A stretch of DNA of 64,000 nucleotides from Eledone cirrhosa. Lineage: Eukaryota. Below, one piece after another: positions 1-14,020 of this stretch. Where the stretch lies: assembly GCA_964016885.1 (NCBI GenBank), contig OZ024745.1, forward strand, positions 51,336,001 through 51,400,000, written 5' to 3'. Every line of letters begins with the position of its first letter. Position 1 is the first letter of the stretch. The notes beneath the pieces were generated by a model that saw nothing but the letters and a program-made list of their open reading frames with translations, made no database searches and was not told the DNA's origin. The position numbers and the translations under genes were made by a program.

Positions 1-180
1 ACATGTGTGTATGAATATATATATATATATACACACACACGCACACACACATATATATAAATATATGTATATATATATATACATATATACATACATACAT
101 CATATACACATACATACACACACATATATATATATAAAGAGAGAGAGAGAGAGAAAGAGGGAGAGAGGGAGAGAGAGAGA
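1..180. repeat. Compound (TA)n/(CA)n/(GA)n microsatellite
   Basis: Dinucleotide runs seen directly. Confidence 0.95.
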
Positions 181-1589
181 ATAAGAAATCAGATTTGTAG
201 CTTGTTACGAAACTATTGCATATTACAGCTGTTTCGTTATCGATCAGCTCAGGTTTAATTAGGCGATTATCACAGATTAATTGTCAAATCACAAATTTGT
301 GTAACATTCGCATGAGCCCTCCTTCCCACTCCCATTTTCTGTGACCATAGTGCCCTTGCCTTTCCCTTCCTTTTCCGTTTTTGAATATTAATAAAGATGT
401 TATTTTCAAATTAACCTGTAGAATTTGAAGTCTAAAGTTTAAATCTAGAAATGCAGCTAAAATAAAAGGAGCAAATATGTATCGAAATAATCTTGTACTT
501 ATTTATATGTTCCATGATTGTTCTTATGAGTTTTACAAACATTTAAAATAGTCTCATTCTTTCTAACACATCTTTTCAAAGTATTGAACTTACAATGCAC
601 ATTTTCTAGCAAGAAATAACACAGGAAAAATACGAGGCGTAGAAAAAAAAATAACAAACAAAGTAGGAAGAATCCACGCAAGATGTTTAATGGAGGATTT
701 ATTAGCAAATAAAAATGTCATGAAATAAAATAATCATGAATGACATTTTCCAATAAAGACACGATGAAATCGATTACAAATTTAATGCTGTACGAAATTG
801 CTTGATGGTGAGCAGATCTAAGGATTAATTTAGGTACTTCTTTCAATAATTGAATGCTATATACGTCAACATTGGTGTTATGAATAATATAAAAATGGCC
901 CCTTTTAGTGAAAAAGAAAATCAAGAGGTTTTTGTAAGTGTGTTTCACATATAACATTTTACGATTATATGCGGATGTCCATTAAGCTATATGTAACAAG
1001 ATACCAGCTAAAATTTCCGGAGTATATTTTAAATAATTTACAAGTTTATACCATTTTGTATTATTCGAAATACGTTCAATATACATATTGTGAAAAGTTC
1101 TACTCAAAATTCTTCCGTTGCTATATAATTGCTAGGTCTATAGGTGTTTTTACTTACAAATGCAGTGGATAATGGTCTCAATACTGTTAGCAGAATAAAC
1201 ATTATTTGTTACTAATAGTAACTGATACGTTGATATGGTCATCGATACTGATTTCTACACTCATATTTTAGTAGCCAGTATTGGGGAAACTTCGAAATAA
1301 TCAAGCACAATGAATGATATACTACGCGAATTTTTTTCTTTCTCCAATCTTTCACTGCATACACACAGACAGACACAGACATCCCCCCCCCCCACACACG
1401 CACACATATATATATATATGAAGAGACGGAGTAAGATATAGAGTGGGGAAGAGTCCGAGATCTTCACGGAAATTACAACCGTAGTCCCTGTTCGTTTTGA
1501 ATTCTGCAAGCGTTTGAATTCTGCAAGCGTTCTTACTTCGCATGGATTATTGCTAGTCGTGATAACGGATCTATTTTCGTAATCTTAAT

Positions 1590-2075
1590 AAGAAAATTCA
1601 GAGGCTTCACTCCGTCAAGTCTTCAGAAGCTGTTGTCAAAAAGGACGTGTTTGGTGAAATTTGGAGGTGGTGTTGTATTTTGAGCTTCTTCCAGATGATC
1701 ATGCTGTGAGAGCTAACCTTTATGCTCAACAACAATGTTACTTTAAAAGCCCGCTACTGTGCATTCCTACAGCATGACAATTCCCAAGCACACACTGCCA
1801 ATGAGACTAAGCACAAACTTGAGGAAAACAAGGGGTTGGAACTGATGCTTCACCTCGCCTACAGTCCAGATATTGCACAATCAGATTATCACCTTTTCCA
1901 GGCGAAGGTTCATTGGTAGCGTGGACACAGATTCAAGAATGTGGATGAGATTGAAAATGGGTGTAGGGAGATTTTTGCCTCTAAACCAGCCAGATGATAT
2001 AAGCTTGCTATTGACCTTCTACCACAACGATGTCAATAGAGAATAGAATATGATGGGATATATTTGATGAATAAA
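1590..2075 (+). pseudogene. Degenerate mariner (DD34D) transposase 3' half
   Basis: ORF 1722-1919 reads FLQHDNSQAHTA...LAYSPDIAQSDYHLF, matching mariner motifs HDNARPH and YSPDLAPSDYHLF; interrupted by stops and frameshifts. Ends approximate. Confidence 0.8.
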
Positions 2076-2376
2076 TGCTTTCATATATAATTTGTTTAAA
2101 TTATTAATTAAAGCTTGAAATACGGAAAAAAGTTTGATTCAACTTGGTATATTTATTGATTAATTTATTGATCGTTGATATTGATTTTATTAATTTATTT
2201 GAGTACACCAATTAGTTTTCCGGTAATTGTGGTATCCTTACTAAATTTGAATAAGTATGCTCTGAATCTGTATTTTATTCTGTTACCATTGAGTAAGTTA
2301 GGGAGTGGTTAGATTTACACTACCCGGCTACCCTGAACATAGAGTGGTAGCTTGATTTCGTAATATCTATTTCTAA

Positions 2377-2391
2377 ACACACACACACACA

Positions 2392-2485
<94 letters not shown>

Positions 2486-2503
2486 CGTGTGTGTGTGTGT
2501 GTG
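2377..2503. repeat. (CA)n-(TA)n-(TG)n microsatellite
   Basis: Seen directly. Confidence 0.95.
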
Positions 2504-2568
2504 TTTGGTGGGTCTGCAGTACTAAGTCTAGAGAGACGACTAATCAAAGTACTCGATGCATAACGGGA

Positions 2569-2637
2569 GACAGAGTTTGTATATTTGGAAGCTCCTCTGG
2601 TTTCTGCTCGTGACTTCACACATACGAGCGTCTTCAG
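2569..2637 (-). ncRNA. Degenerate hammerhead-like motif
   Basis: Minus strand: CTGAAGA-c-gctcgt...acgagc-a-GAAA-ccagag...ctctg-TC. Stems II and III form, stem I not evident. Confidence 0.35.
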
Positions 2638-4545
2638 GCATAAAGAAAATGAAATGTGAGTGTGTGTTTGTATGTGTGCGTGTACTACTTATCTCTTTTA
2701 TGTTTTCAACCATAATGCACAATGACTGCCAACCTTCAAATATTCGAAGATCAAACTGAAAAGTAAATCATCAGAAATGAATTACGAACCATAAACTGAA
2801 AGATGTCAAGATACAAGAAGAATCTCTCAAAGGCCAATAACAAAAAAACAAAACACAAACAAGTAAAAACGGAAATAAAACTTACGTATATAAAGTATAT
2901 GTCACTCAACCTAGACAAAAATGTAAACATGTCCGAATCATGTTTATACAGTATAAACTGGTAGTTCTTTACTTTAGAATTAATTAAAACATCGAAGTCA
3001 GTTTCCTAAATATAATAAATCGTATGGCATTGAAACGTCTTTCCTAAAGACCGTAAGAAACAAACAACAAAAAACTGCTAATGATAGAAATATAGCTATT
3101 AACTTAATTATAAAACAAAGAATAAGTTAAAAAAACATCCTGTGCAGTACGAAAGAAGACTTGTTTAGAGAAAAGCCAAAAAGATCACAAAAGTAACACT
3201 TCATAACCAGTACATTAGCATTACAAAAGCAGTCGATAATAACACATTTGCCATAATTAACGCCAACAGAGATAAAGAAAAATTACAGGAAACTCTAAAT
3301 TAACATCGATAAAAGGACATCAGACAGTAGGCGAATAGAAAAGCTAAACGGAATTATTTCCTAACCCAAGGCAGTACAAAGAATAGAAAACACAAGTGTC
3401 TGACTAAGTATTCTTAGCGTAGATACAGCAGCAAACAGAGACGTCATATTTAACATCCGACAAGAAGTTTTCATGTTCACCCTACGAAAATTAAACATTC
3501 ACATACACAAGAAACAGACTGGGAATTGGGAAGTCAATATTACCTTAGAAAGTATGTTTGAGGTGTAGCCGGTTTGATTCTTGTCATCGGTTTCTGACTT
3601 GTTTATGAGTTCTTCAGAAAAATTTATGGTGGCATAGCAGAATGCATGTGTATTTATTTTAAATCGGATTTGCATGTTTAGCGTATCCCATGTATAGTTC
3701 GATGAATAAACCATTTGCATCCCAACAATTTTTGTTTTACAGCTATTTCCTATATGAATGTTAAATATGATAGATCAGCAAAATATATACATCGAGATTT
3801 TGTTTTGAGGATTTTGTTGGGGGAAACGATGGATTTATCCCAGAGATAGATGAAGCTTAGTAATTCGAATTACTAAAAAGGAGAAATAGGACGTTTTCGG
3901 CAAAGCTGCTCTGCAAGAGAATGGGTTGCTGGTGACGAATAGCGATTTGACCACCACATGTGATGGAGCAATGGGTGAACCCAGTGATGTAGATATGGAA
4001 AGGCGAGTAAAGGCCGCCTCTAAAAAAAGGCCTAGTCTTTGCGAGTTTGAGAAAATACCAGATTGGTGACTGGCGCGAATAGAAGTGTCAAAAGTACAAT
4101 ATGGTGAGTGATATGAAAAAGCATAATACCACATCGTCTTTCACGTGGGTTAACAAGGGATGCCTGTCTGAAAAATATATTGTAGTCCCCAGTTCATGCT
4201 GTAAAACTAGTGATGATTCTGCGACCTGACCTGGGTGACGTGGCATGGACGCAGATATATACAGTAAACTGAGACCACAAAGAGGGTTCGGAAGGGTGCA
4301 AACCTTGAAAATTGGAACCTCGAACACAATCCATACATATAAATAATCATTGCAACGATTTCTGGAAGTTTGTTTTTCATTCACTAGTTTAAAGTGGCAT
4401 CTAGGTTTCATATCTATTCAATCATTGCAGTTTAATTGTTTTTATATTCATTAATATTAGTATATTTTCAAAGTAATAAACATTTCTGATTTTAAAGATA
4501 ACCACAAAATATATGAGTTCATTTGAAATATTTTTATTTATTTAT

Positions 4546-5065
4546 TTCTTCTTCTTCTTCTTCTTCTTCTTCTTCTTCTTCTTCTTCTTCTTCTTCTTCT
4601 TCTTCTTCTTCTTCTTCTTCTTCTTCTTCTTCTTCTTCTTCTTCTTCTTCTTCTTCTTCTTCTTCTTCTTCTTCTTCTTCTTCTTCTTCTTCTTCTTCTT
4701 CTTCTTCTTCTTCTTCTTCTTCTTCTTCTTCTTCTTCTTCTTCTTCTTCTTCTTCTTCTTCTTCTTCTTCTTCTTCCCCCCATCACCCCCCCATCACCCC
4801 CCCCCCCTTACTCCTCCTCTTCTTCTTCTTCTTCTTCTTCTTCTTCTTCTTCTTCTTCTTCTTCTTCTTCTTCTTCTTCTTCTTCTTCTTCTTCTTCTTC
4901 TTCTTCTTCTTCTTCCCCCCATCACCCCCCCATCACCCCCCCCCCTTACTCCTCCTCTTCTTCTTCTTCTTCTTCTTCTTCTTCTTCTTCTTCTTCTTCT
5001 TCTTCTTCTTCTTCTTCTTCTTCTTCTTCTTCTTCTTCTTCTTCTTCTTCTTCTTCTTCTTCTTC
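4546..5065. repeat. Long (TTC)n/(GAA)n triplet repeat with two copies of a C-rich interruption
   Basis: Three TTC tracts separated by two near-identical ccccatcaccccccatcaccc...ttactcctcct spacers. Confidence 0.95.
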
Positions 5066-5579
5066 CAACTACTGATACTTTGCTACTTTTAGCTGGAGGT
5101 CGAGCAAGGACAAAAGTGCAAGTGCTGAGCGCACGAAATTCTAACAGGTATATTTGTATGAATTCGAATATGGAATATGTGTATTTGTTATATTTAAGTT
5201 GGTTTAGTTGAAACTGACGGAGGCTTCGGATGACCACATCGGATTTACCAAAATGTCCGGGAATGATCGAGACTTGTATATCTGGAACAAATAAATATCC
5301 GGGATAAGTATATACAAAAACACCCCAAAAATAAATATGGAGGCCCTGCGTGACGGCTGCCCAATGACTATATAATTGTATATAAAACATCCATATTATA
5401 ATCAACACACAACTTCTCATTTAAACCACCCCCAAAACACCAAGTAAATATATATAACCTCCAGTTTTTAACTGTTATCCATCCCAGAGATTCCCGTTTC
5501 ACGCGACGATGTGACTAGTCATACACAAGGGCACACACGTGTACATAAACTATGTATATGTATATATATATATACTATG

Positions 5580-5668
<89 letters not shown>

Positions 5669-5672
<4 letters not shown>

Positions 5673-6138
5673 CCATGCTGGATGTTTCATGGAAGTTTAT
5701 TGTGTATCGAAGTGTTACGCGCGTTTCGCAGAGGGTTGGCTCAAGGTAACCCATAGAAGTTATAGATCCGACTCTAGCATCGATCTGTGCGNNNNNNNNN
5801 NNNNNNNNNNNNNNNNNNNNNNNNNNNNNNNNNNNNNNNNNNNNNNNNNNNNNNNNNNNNNNNNNNNNNNNNNNNNNNNNNNNNNNNNNNNNNNNNNNNN
5901 NNNNNNNNNNNNNNNNNNNNNNNNNNNNNNNNNNNNNNNNNNNNNNNNNNNNNNNNNNNNNNNNNNNNNNNNNNNNNNNNNNNNNNNNNNNATCGATCTG
6001 TGCGTCAGAATGGTGATGTGACGAACAATATATTTTTTGTATCGATACACAATAAATACTTTTCATTTGTAAAGTAAACTTGCTCGTTTTTTCTATTATA
6101 TACACTCTGACGCGGCATAGAGTGCTTGTTTTGTTGCC

Positions 6139-6140
<2 letters not shown>
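5669..6140 (-). mobile_element. Penelope pseudo-LTR-like fragment, inverted copy of 8845-9102, split by the assembly gap
   Basis: Reverse complement matches 8845-9102. Carries a degenerate HHR (CTGACGC...ctgc-GAAAC-GCGC-GTA). Confidence 0.6.
5792..5991. other. Assembly gap (200 N)
   Basis: N run; ATCGATCTGTGCG occurs on both sides. Confidence 0.99.
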
Positions 6141-6200
<60 letters not shown>

Positions 6201-6205
<5 letters not shown>

Positions 6206-6845
6206 AAGTTTATCCTCATCAGTGGCCATCCAACCGTCGTAGGCATTTCGTCGCATTAAAGGCCATATACCTCAGGTTGGTGCGAGCAACGGCTAAAAAA
6301 AAGTCGTTGGGACACGTAAATAAAGGGGACGCTAGGGTAAACAAACAAAATGGTTTAAGCAGCAGAAAGTGATGAAGAAGGAAACAAGTCCCAGATTTCT
6401 ATGAATATAAATTCGGTGGAATCGTGAACGAGAGAATAAAGACCATCAAACCTGGTTGAAATGTGAGCAAGGAAGGAATTTCGCACAGGTCTAATGGGAG
6501 GAAGAAGGGGTCTGGTCTGCGAATTCGGTAAACATAACTTCTGTGAAGTCGCAGACGAGAGACAGAGAAAAAAAATTCATACCGGCTTGGTCAAGTGCCC
6601 GCCAGAAAAGGATTACGGACAGGTCAAACGGGAAGAAAGGGGAGGAGGAGAGGTAGTGACAGAGAGTGAGTGAGTGAAAGGTGAGGAAGAGGCTAACAGA
6701 GAGAGAGACTGCTAGAAAGGGTAAAGACACAAAGAACGAAACAGAGTGGTGGCAGCGGAGGAAAAAATATATGTGTAAATATGATAATAGTGGAGCTGCG
6801 GCGCTGCAACTAGGTTACATATGAAAAAGTTTGTCCTCATCAGTG
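6201..6845. repeat. Single 621-bp unit (plus ~24 bp) of the tandem repeat family at 9526-12125
   Basis: Unit starts TGAAAAAGTTT at 6201 and restarts at 6822; near-identical to the array units. Confidence 0.9.
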
Positions 6846-6846
6846 A

Positions 6847-6916
<70 letters not shown>

Positions 6917-6950
6917 TATATGCATATATATATATATATGTATATATATG

Positions 6951-6987
<37 letters not shown>

Positions 6988-7024
6988 GTATATATATATA
7001 TGTATATATACATATGTATATATA

Positions 7025-7111
<87 letters not shown>

Positions 7112-7113
<2 letters not shown>

Positions 7114-7792
7114 TAAGAGATACTTTCCTACATCACACAAATACCACAAAATCCTAAACCCTACCACTATAAGACTGTCATACTCTACAGCGTTAAACCT
7201 TGAACAACACATAAAAAAGATCAATACTAGAAGGTTAAACGAAAACACTAAAAACTTAAGTACAAAGAACGCAAAAAAAACCAGAACACTACAGAACATA
7301 AATAAACCACACCTAAGTTCGTCCGCAATACTACTCCAGAGAAAACCCAACGTACACAATTGTAACTGCACCTATCCTGACAACTGCCCCCTCGGCAATA
7401 ACTGCCAGGAAAAAAATAGCATTTATAAGTGTACCATTAAATCCGGAGGCAACGAGTGGTATTACGTGGGATCAATGGCAACATCGTTTAAATCTAGATT
7501 ATATAGGCATTCTTACTCAATAAAACACCAGAGCCAAAGAAATGTAACAACTTTAGCAGGAAAAGCTTGGACGCTCAGGGATAGCGATCAAAAGTTTACC
7601 CTAAAATGGGAGAAATTAGCTAAAACCCAAAGCTTTTCCAGGAGCCAAAATTTCTGCAAATTGTGTAATCTTGAGATTTATTACATAATCACACACAAGA
7701 AGAAATTGCTTAATAACAGAATTGAACGAACATTATTCTGCCGTCACCGAACTAAAACCCTTTTTTCCCACTACAAGCTGAATATTACATAA
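7112..7792 (+). pseudogene. PLE C-terminal region with GIY-YIG endonuclease (open frame, no RT)
   Basis: [21 protein letters not shown]...[15 protein letters not shown]...SIYKC...[17 protein letters not shown]...CKLCNLE...LLNNR...CRH. The N-terminus of the listed ORF is translated (TA)n. Confidence 0.85.
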
Positions 7793-8063
7793 AAGAGGGA
7801 CATCCCCCCAACTATATAAACCTCAATCTAGTTAGAAAAATATAAAAACAATCTCTTCTCAACATATATATATGTATATTAATAACCTTAAATTACCACA
7901 CTAATAATGGAAAGATATGCTGATGAGAATAGGTGCGAATATGCTATAATGAATGTGTCTAAAAGCGACCATATGTATATATATGTGAAAATGTATATAA
8001 ATAAGTAAATATATATATATGTTTGATGTGTATAGTTAGATGTAAGTGTATTCATGTATTAAA

Positions 8064-8106
<43 letters not shown>

Positions 8107-8628
8107 GACTGGAGTATGTATGTATATATGTGTGTGTCTATACGTGTGTATATAAAGATAAGTTGAGTATGAAAATGTATACACATGAATGCGTATGTAT
8201 GTACATGTATATATGTATATATATGTATATATATATATGTGCATGTGTATATGTATGTAAGTATGAGCATGTAAGTATGTGTATGCGAGTATATGTATTT
8301 TGTAGAGGTGTGCATAAATGTTTGTGTGTGAATGCGTGGGCGAAAGGATACGTACACTTGAAAGAAATATTTAAGTCTGAATGTTAATTAAGTGCAAACA
8401 CAAAACCAACCATGCATATCTATACTATCTCTAATCCTTCTATAGATTTAGAAAAATAACCAATAATATATTCTATAAAAATGTCAAAACAACAGATGGG
8501 AATCTAATCACTCACTGCCACCAAAAATTCTCACTGCTATCAAAAAACCACTCCCTCAACTAGTCTTCTAACAACTTCACCCCTCCCTCCTAATATTCTC
8601 TATAAAAATCAAACAGGTCCTCAGTAAA

Positions 8629-8685
8629 ATTATTCTGATGAAATGACAGTTGATAATAACATTGAAATATTGAATGTCTGCATAA
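8629..8685 (+). ncRNA. Type I hammerhead motif (partly degenerate)
   Basis: CTGATGA(8635)-aatg...catt-GAAA(8664)-tattgaatg-TC; stem I weak. Confidence 0.5.
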
Positions 8686-8844
8686 CTAATACTTTGTAGA
8701 TAGCAGCTGTTTTCAGGTTATGTAACTGTTATTGAAACACGTGTCAATAAATTCCTTTTAACTAAACTGTATCCATTTAAATCCTTCTCTCTCTCTCTAT
8801 ATATATATATAAATATATTGTGGGTAGTACAGTGAAATATTGGT

Positions 8845-9102
8845 GTTGGCAACAAATCAAGCACTCTATGCCGAGGCAGAGTGTATATAATAGAAAAAAC
8901 GAGCAAGTTTACTTTACAAATGAATAGTATTTATTGTGTATCGATACAAAAAATATATTTTTTGTCACATCACCATTCTAACGAACAGATCGATACTAGA
9001 GTCGGATCTATAACTTCTATGGGTTAACTTGAGCCAATCCCCTGCGAAACGCGCGTAACAGGTCGATACACAATAAACTTCCATGAAACATCCAGCATGA
9101 CC
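8845..9102 (+). mobile_element. Penelope pseudo-LTR-like fragment with degenerate HHR and short internal inverted arm
   Basis: CTAACGA(8978)...ctgc-GAAA(9046)-CGCGCG-TA with palindromic stem III. TTTATTGTGTATCGA/TCGATACACAATAAA inverted pair at ~8930 and ~9063. Confidence 0.55.
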
Positions 9103-9185
9103 TCAGCCGGATTGCTGGAGCAGGTAAAAGACTATATGTATATAGATGTGAGAAAAACCACAGACCCTCCATCTCAACTCACCTT

Positions 9186-9215
9186 TTGAAAAGCAGAAGA
9201 ACTGCGAAACCGGTA
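9186..9215 (+). ncRNA. Hammerhead remnant
   Basis: TTGAAAA-gcag-aagaa-ctgc-GAAA-CCGG-TA; two changes in the core. Confidence 0.3.
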
Positions 9216-9445
9216 AATGAACCAAATAAATATATATATTTAAAAAAAAAATAAGACTCCAGTTGCATTATCGATTTCATCTCTTTTTCTTTATACTTTC
9301 ACACGTGTAGGACACCTCGGTTATTTTTCAATTTGTGAAAAAAACCTCACTTTCTAATATATATATGTATATATATATATATAGTATAAAAGAGAAAACA
9401 CAGGTAAGCATTGAGAGAAGGATTTTATCCACGTATTTAGTATAT

Positions 9446-9518
<73 letters not shown>

Positions 9519-9525
9519 GTATATA

Positions 9526-12124
9526 TGAAAAAGTCTATCCTCATCAGTGGCCATCCAACCGTCGTAGGCATTTCGTCGCATTAAAGGCCATATACCTCAG
9601 GTTGGTGCGAGCAACGGCTAAAAAAAAGTCGTTGGGACACGTAAATAAAGGGGACGCTAGGGTAAACAAACAAAATGGTTTAAGCAGCAGAAAGTGATGA
9701 AGAAGGAAACAAGTCCCAGATTTCTATGAATATAAATTCGGTGGAATCGTGAACGAGAGAATAAAGACCATCAAACCTGGTTGAAATGTGAGCAAGGAAG
9801 GAATTTCGCACAGGTTTAACGGGAGGAAGAAGGGGTCTGGTCTGCGAATTCGGTAAACATAAGTTCTGTGAAGTCGCAGACGAGAGAGAGAGTAAAAAAA
9901 TTCATACCGGCTTGGCCAAGTGCCTACGAGAAGAGGATTACAGACAGGTCAAACGGGAAGAAAGGGGAGGAGGAGAGGTAGTGACAGAGAGTGAGTGAGT
10001 GAAAGGTGAGGAAGAGGCTAACAGAGAGAGAGACTGCTAGAAAGGGTAAAGATACAAAGAACGAAACAGAGTGGTGGCAGCAGAGGAAAAAATATATGTG
10101 TAAATATGATAATAGTGGAGCTGCGGCGCTGCAAATGGGTTACATATGAAAAAGTTTGTCCTCATCAGTGGCCATCCAACCGTCGTAGGCATTACGTCGC
10201 ATTTAAGGCCATATACCTCAGGTTGGTGCGAGCAACGGCTAAAAAAAAGTCGTTGGGACACGTAAATAAAGGGGACGCTAGGGTAAACAAACAAAATGGT
10301 TTAAGCAGCAGAAAGTGATGAAGAAGGAAACAAGTCCCAGATTTCTATGAATATAAATTCGGTGGAATCGTGAACGAGAGAATAAAGACCATCAAACCTG
10401 GTTGAAATGTGAGCAAGAAAGGAATTTCGTACAGGTCTAACGGGAGGAAGAAGGGGTCTGGTCTGCGAATTCGGTAAACATAAGTTCTGTGAAGTCGCAG
10501 ACGAGAGAGAGAGAAAAGAAATTCATACCGGCTTGGCCAAGTGCCCGCGAGAAAAGGATTACGGACAGGTCAAACGGGAAGAAAGGGGAGGAGGAGTGGT
10601 AGTGACAGAGAGTGAGTGAGTGAAAAGTGAGGAAGAGGCTAACAGAGAGAGAGACTGCTAGAAAGGATAAAGACACAAAGAACGAAACAGAGTGGTGGCA
10701 GCGGAGGAAAAAATATATGTGTAAATATGATAATAATGGAGCTGCGGCGCTGCAAATGGGTTACATATGAAAAAGTTTGTCCTCATCAGTGGCCATCCAA
10801 CCGTCGTAGGCATTTCGTCGCATTAAAGGCCATATACCTCAGGTTGGTGCGAGCAACGGCTAAACAAAGTCGTTGATACACGTAAATAAAGGGGACGCTA
10901 GGGTAAACAAACAAAATGGTTTAAGCAGCAGAAAGTGATGAAGAAGGAAACAAGTCCCAGATTTCTATGAATATAAATTCGGTGGAATCATGAACGAGAG
11001 AATAAAGACCATCAAACCTGGTTGAAATGTGAGCAAGGAAGGAATTTCGCACAGGTCTAACGGGAGGAAGAAGGGGTCTGGTCTGCGAATTCGGTAAACA
11101 TAACTTCTGTGAAGTCGCAGACGAGAGAGAGAGAAAAAAAATTCACACCGGCTTGGCCAAGTGCCCACGAGAAGAGCATTACGGACAGGTCAAACGGGAA
11201 GAAAGGGGAGGAGGAGAGTTAGTGACAGAGAGTGAGTGAGTGAAAGGTGAGGAAGAGGCTAACAGAGAGAGAGACTGCTAGAAAGGGTAAAGACACAAAG
11301 AACGAAACAGAATGGTGGCAGCAGAGGAAAAAATATGTGTAAATATGATAATAATGGAGCTGCGGCGCTGCAACTGGGTTACATATGAAAAAGTTTGTCC
11401 TCATCAGTGGCCATCCAACCATCGTAGGCATTTCGTCGCATTAAAGGCCATATACCTCAGGTTGGTGCGAGCAACGGCTAAAAAAAAGTCGTTGGGACAC
11501 GTAAATAAAGGGGACGCTAGCGTAAACAAACAAAATGGTTTAAGCAGCAGAAAGTGATGAAGAAGGAAACAAGTCCCAGATTTCTATGAATATAAATTCG
11601 GTGGAATCATGAACGAGAGAATAAAGACCATCAAACCTGGTTGAAATGTGAGCAAGGAAGGAATTTCGCACAGGTCTAACGGGAGGAAGAAGGGGTCTTG
11701 TCTGCGAATTCGGTAAACATAAGTTCTGTGAAGTCGCAGACGAGAGAGAGAGAAAAAAAATTCATACCGGCTTGGACAAGTGCCCACGAGAAGAGGATTA
11801 CGGACAGGTCAAACGGGAAGAAAGGGGAGGAGGAGAGGTAGTGACAGAGAGTGAGTGAGTGAAAGGTGAGGAAGAGGCTAACAGAGAGAGAGACTGCTAG
11901 AAAGGGTAAAGACACAAAGAACGAAACAGAGTGGTCGCAGCAGAGGAAAAAATATGTGTAAATATGATAATAATGGAGCTGCGGCGCTGCAACTGGGTTA
12001 CATATGAAAAATTTGTCCTCATTAGTGGCCATCCAACCGTCGTAGGCATTTCGTCGCATTAAAGGCCATATACCTCAGGTTGGTGCGAGCAACGGCTAAA
12101 AAAGACACAAAGAACGAAACAGAG

Positions 12125-12125
<1 letters not shown>
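9526..12125. repeat. Tandem array of ~620-bp units (4 full + partial)
   Basis: Unit starts at 9526, 10147, 10768, 11386 and 12005; high identity; bounded by (TA)n. Confidence 0.95.
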
Positions 12126-12194
<69 letters not shown>

Positions 12195-12379
12195 TGTATA
12201 TACAATGATATTAAATAAATGGAAACTATATTTATAAAACCATATTTATTCTATTATATATAATTCAAGGGTACCAAAACTTTGGGACGCTTTCATCAGA
12301 GAAAATACAAAGTTTGTTTTATAAATTTTGACATAACCAAGTAAAGATACTTTAACGGTTCAAGATTTCCTTGGATAGT

Positions 12380-12382
<3 letters not shown>
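12195..12382 (-). mobile_element. Naiad pseudo-LTR fragment with HHR (same family as 39654-40019 and 13690-13918)
   Basis: Homologous to the 39654-39840 arm. HHR at 12247-12307 has GAAA changed to GAAT. Confidence 0.7.
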
Positions 12383-12436
<54 letters not shown>

Positions 12437-12438
<2 letters not shown>

Positions 12439-13300
12439 CATTGCTAGTTAGGTCAGTATGTTTGAATGCGTAATTTAGTGCCTTATTTAGTAGATTAGGG
12501 GTAATAGAAGAATAATAGTTAGCTATATCAAGTTGAATAAACTTATTATTATTGTTATATTTAATTTGCTTAAACCACTCAACGACCTCTCCAGTTCCCT
12601 TCCACAAGCTCAGGTTAGATAAACAATCCAAGTTCTTAATTTGCTGTATCACCCTGTCAAGAATGTTTTTGCTTAATTTGCCCAGGTCCGATTTTGATGG
12701 TGCGATCAATCTAACTGGCAGGTCATTTTCAAAATTCCGCTTGTGATCTTTCATATTGATCTTCGGTTTCCTGGGCACGAAAGGTTGTGTTCTGTTCTCA
12801 ATTTCCAACTCGTGCATTATACAAGATGCTTCGACATTCATTTTCTCAAGCTCGGCCTTATCTGCTACCTTGTACTTTTTCCTCAGCTCTTTCAGTATGA
12901 GGCCATTATACATGTCTTTCTGCACTCCATAGAGGTTGTTGGTCTTGTCAGATTTCACCAAGATCTTCTCAGTTTTCTCTAAGCTCTCAATGTTATCCTT
13001 AATGCCTTTCAGATATTCCTGGCCTTTGAAGTTTCTCTTGAATTTGACCCCTTGTATGATGGAAATTATATCGTTTTCAAAGTCAGATAAAAGTTTGTTA
13101 GGGGGTGGATTTCTTTTAGATTTGAAAACTTTGTTTAAGTCCGAGACATTTTCGTTTGTATTAGATTTATCAAAGTGGAATGCTCGCCACCTGATTCTCC
13201 TTATAAAAGAGTCAGATTTATCTATTAATTGTTTTATAAAGTCTTTGTTTCTAGGTAGAGCTATGTCTTTTAAAGAGGAAGTAATCTTAAAGAATTCCAT
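12437..13300 (-). pseudogene. Penelope-like (Naiad-type) ORF: N-terminus and first RT motifs, broken by (TA)n
   Basis: MEFFKITSSLKDIALP...FIRRIRWRAFHF...VKSDKTNNLY...MKDHKRNF...RLIAPSKSDLGKLSKNILD...FIQLDIANYYSSI, the PLE RT N-terminal signature. Confidence 0.85.
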
Positions 13301-13409
13301 TTTCAGCTATATAACAGCTGGTTTTCCCTCCATATATCTCCCTTACAATAATACTAGAGCTAAATAAATAAATAAATGTATCATTGATACGTTATTCAAC
13401 AGTCGTCCC

Positions 13410-14020
<611 letters not shown>

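Larger units (their letters stand above)
7110..8790 (+). mobile_element. 5'-truncated Penelope-like element (Naiad-type) flanked by (TA)n
   Basis: GIY-YIG C-terminal coding region, then a 3' UTR with an HHR-like motif at 8629-8685. Confidence 0.8.

Noticed and set aside
2750-3490. Ancient PLE N-terminal coding remnant on the + strand
   Set aside because: Only a vague ITKA-DN-like resemblance; too degenerate to support.
7920-7950. CTGATGA as a hammerhead (also at 43346 and ~26996 minus)
   Set aside because: No supporting stems or GAAA; the 26996 hit lies within coding sequence.
9526-12125. CRISPR-like or protein-coding repeat
   Set aside because: No repeat-spacer structure; ORFs are short and inconsistent between units.
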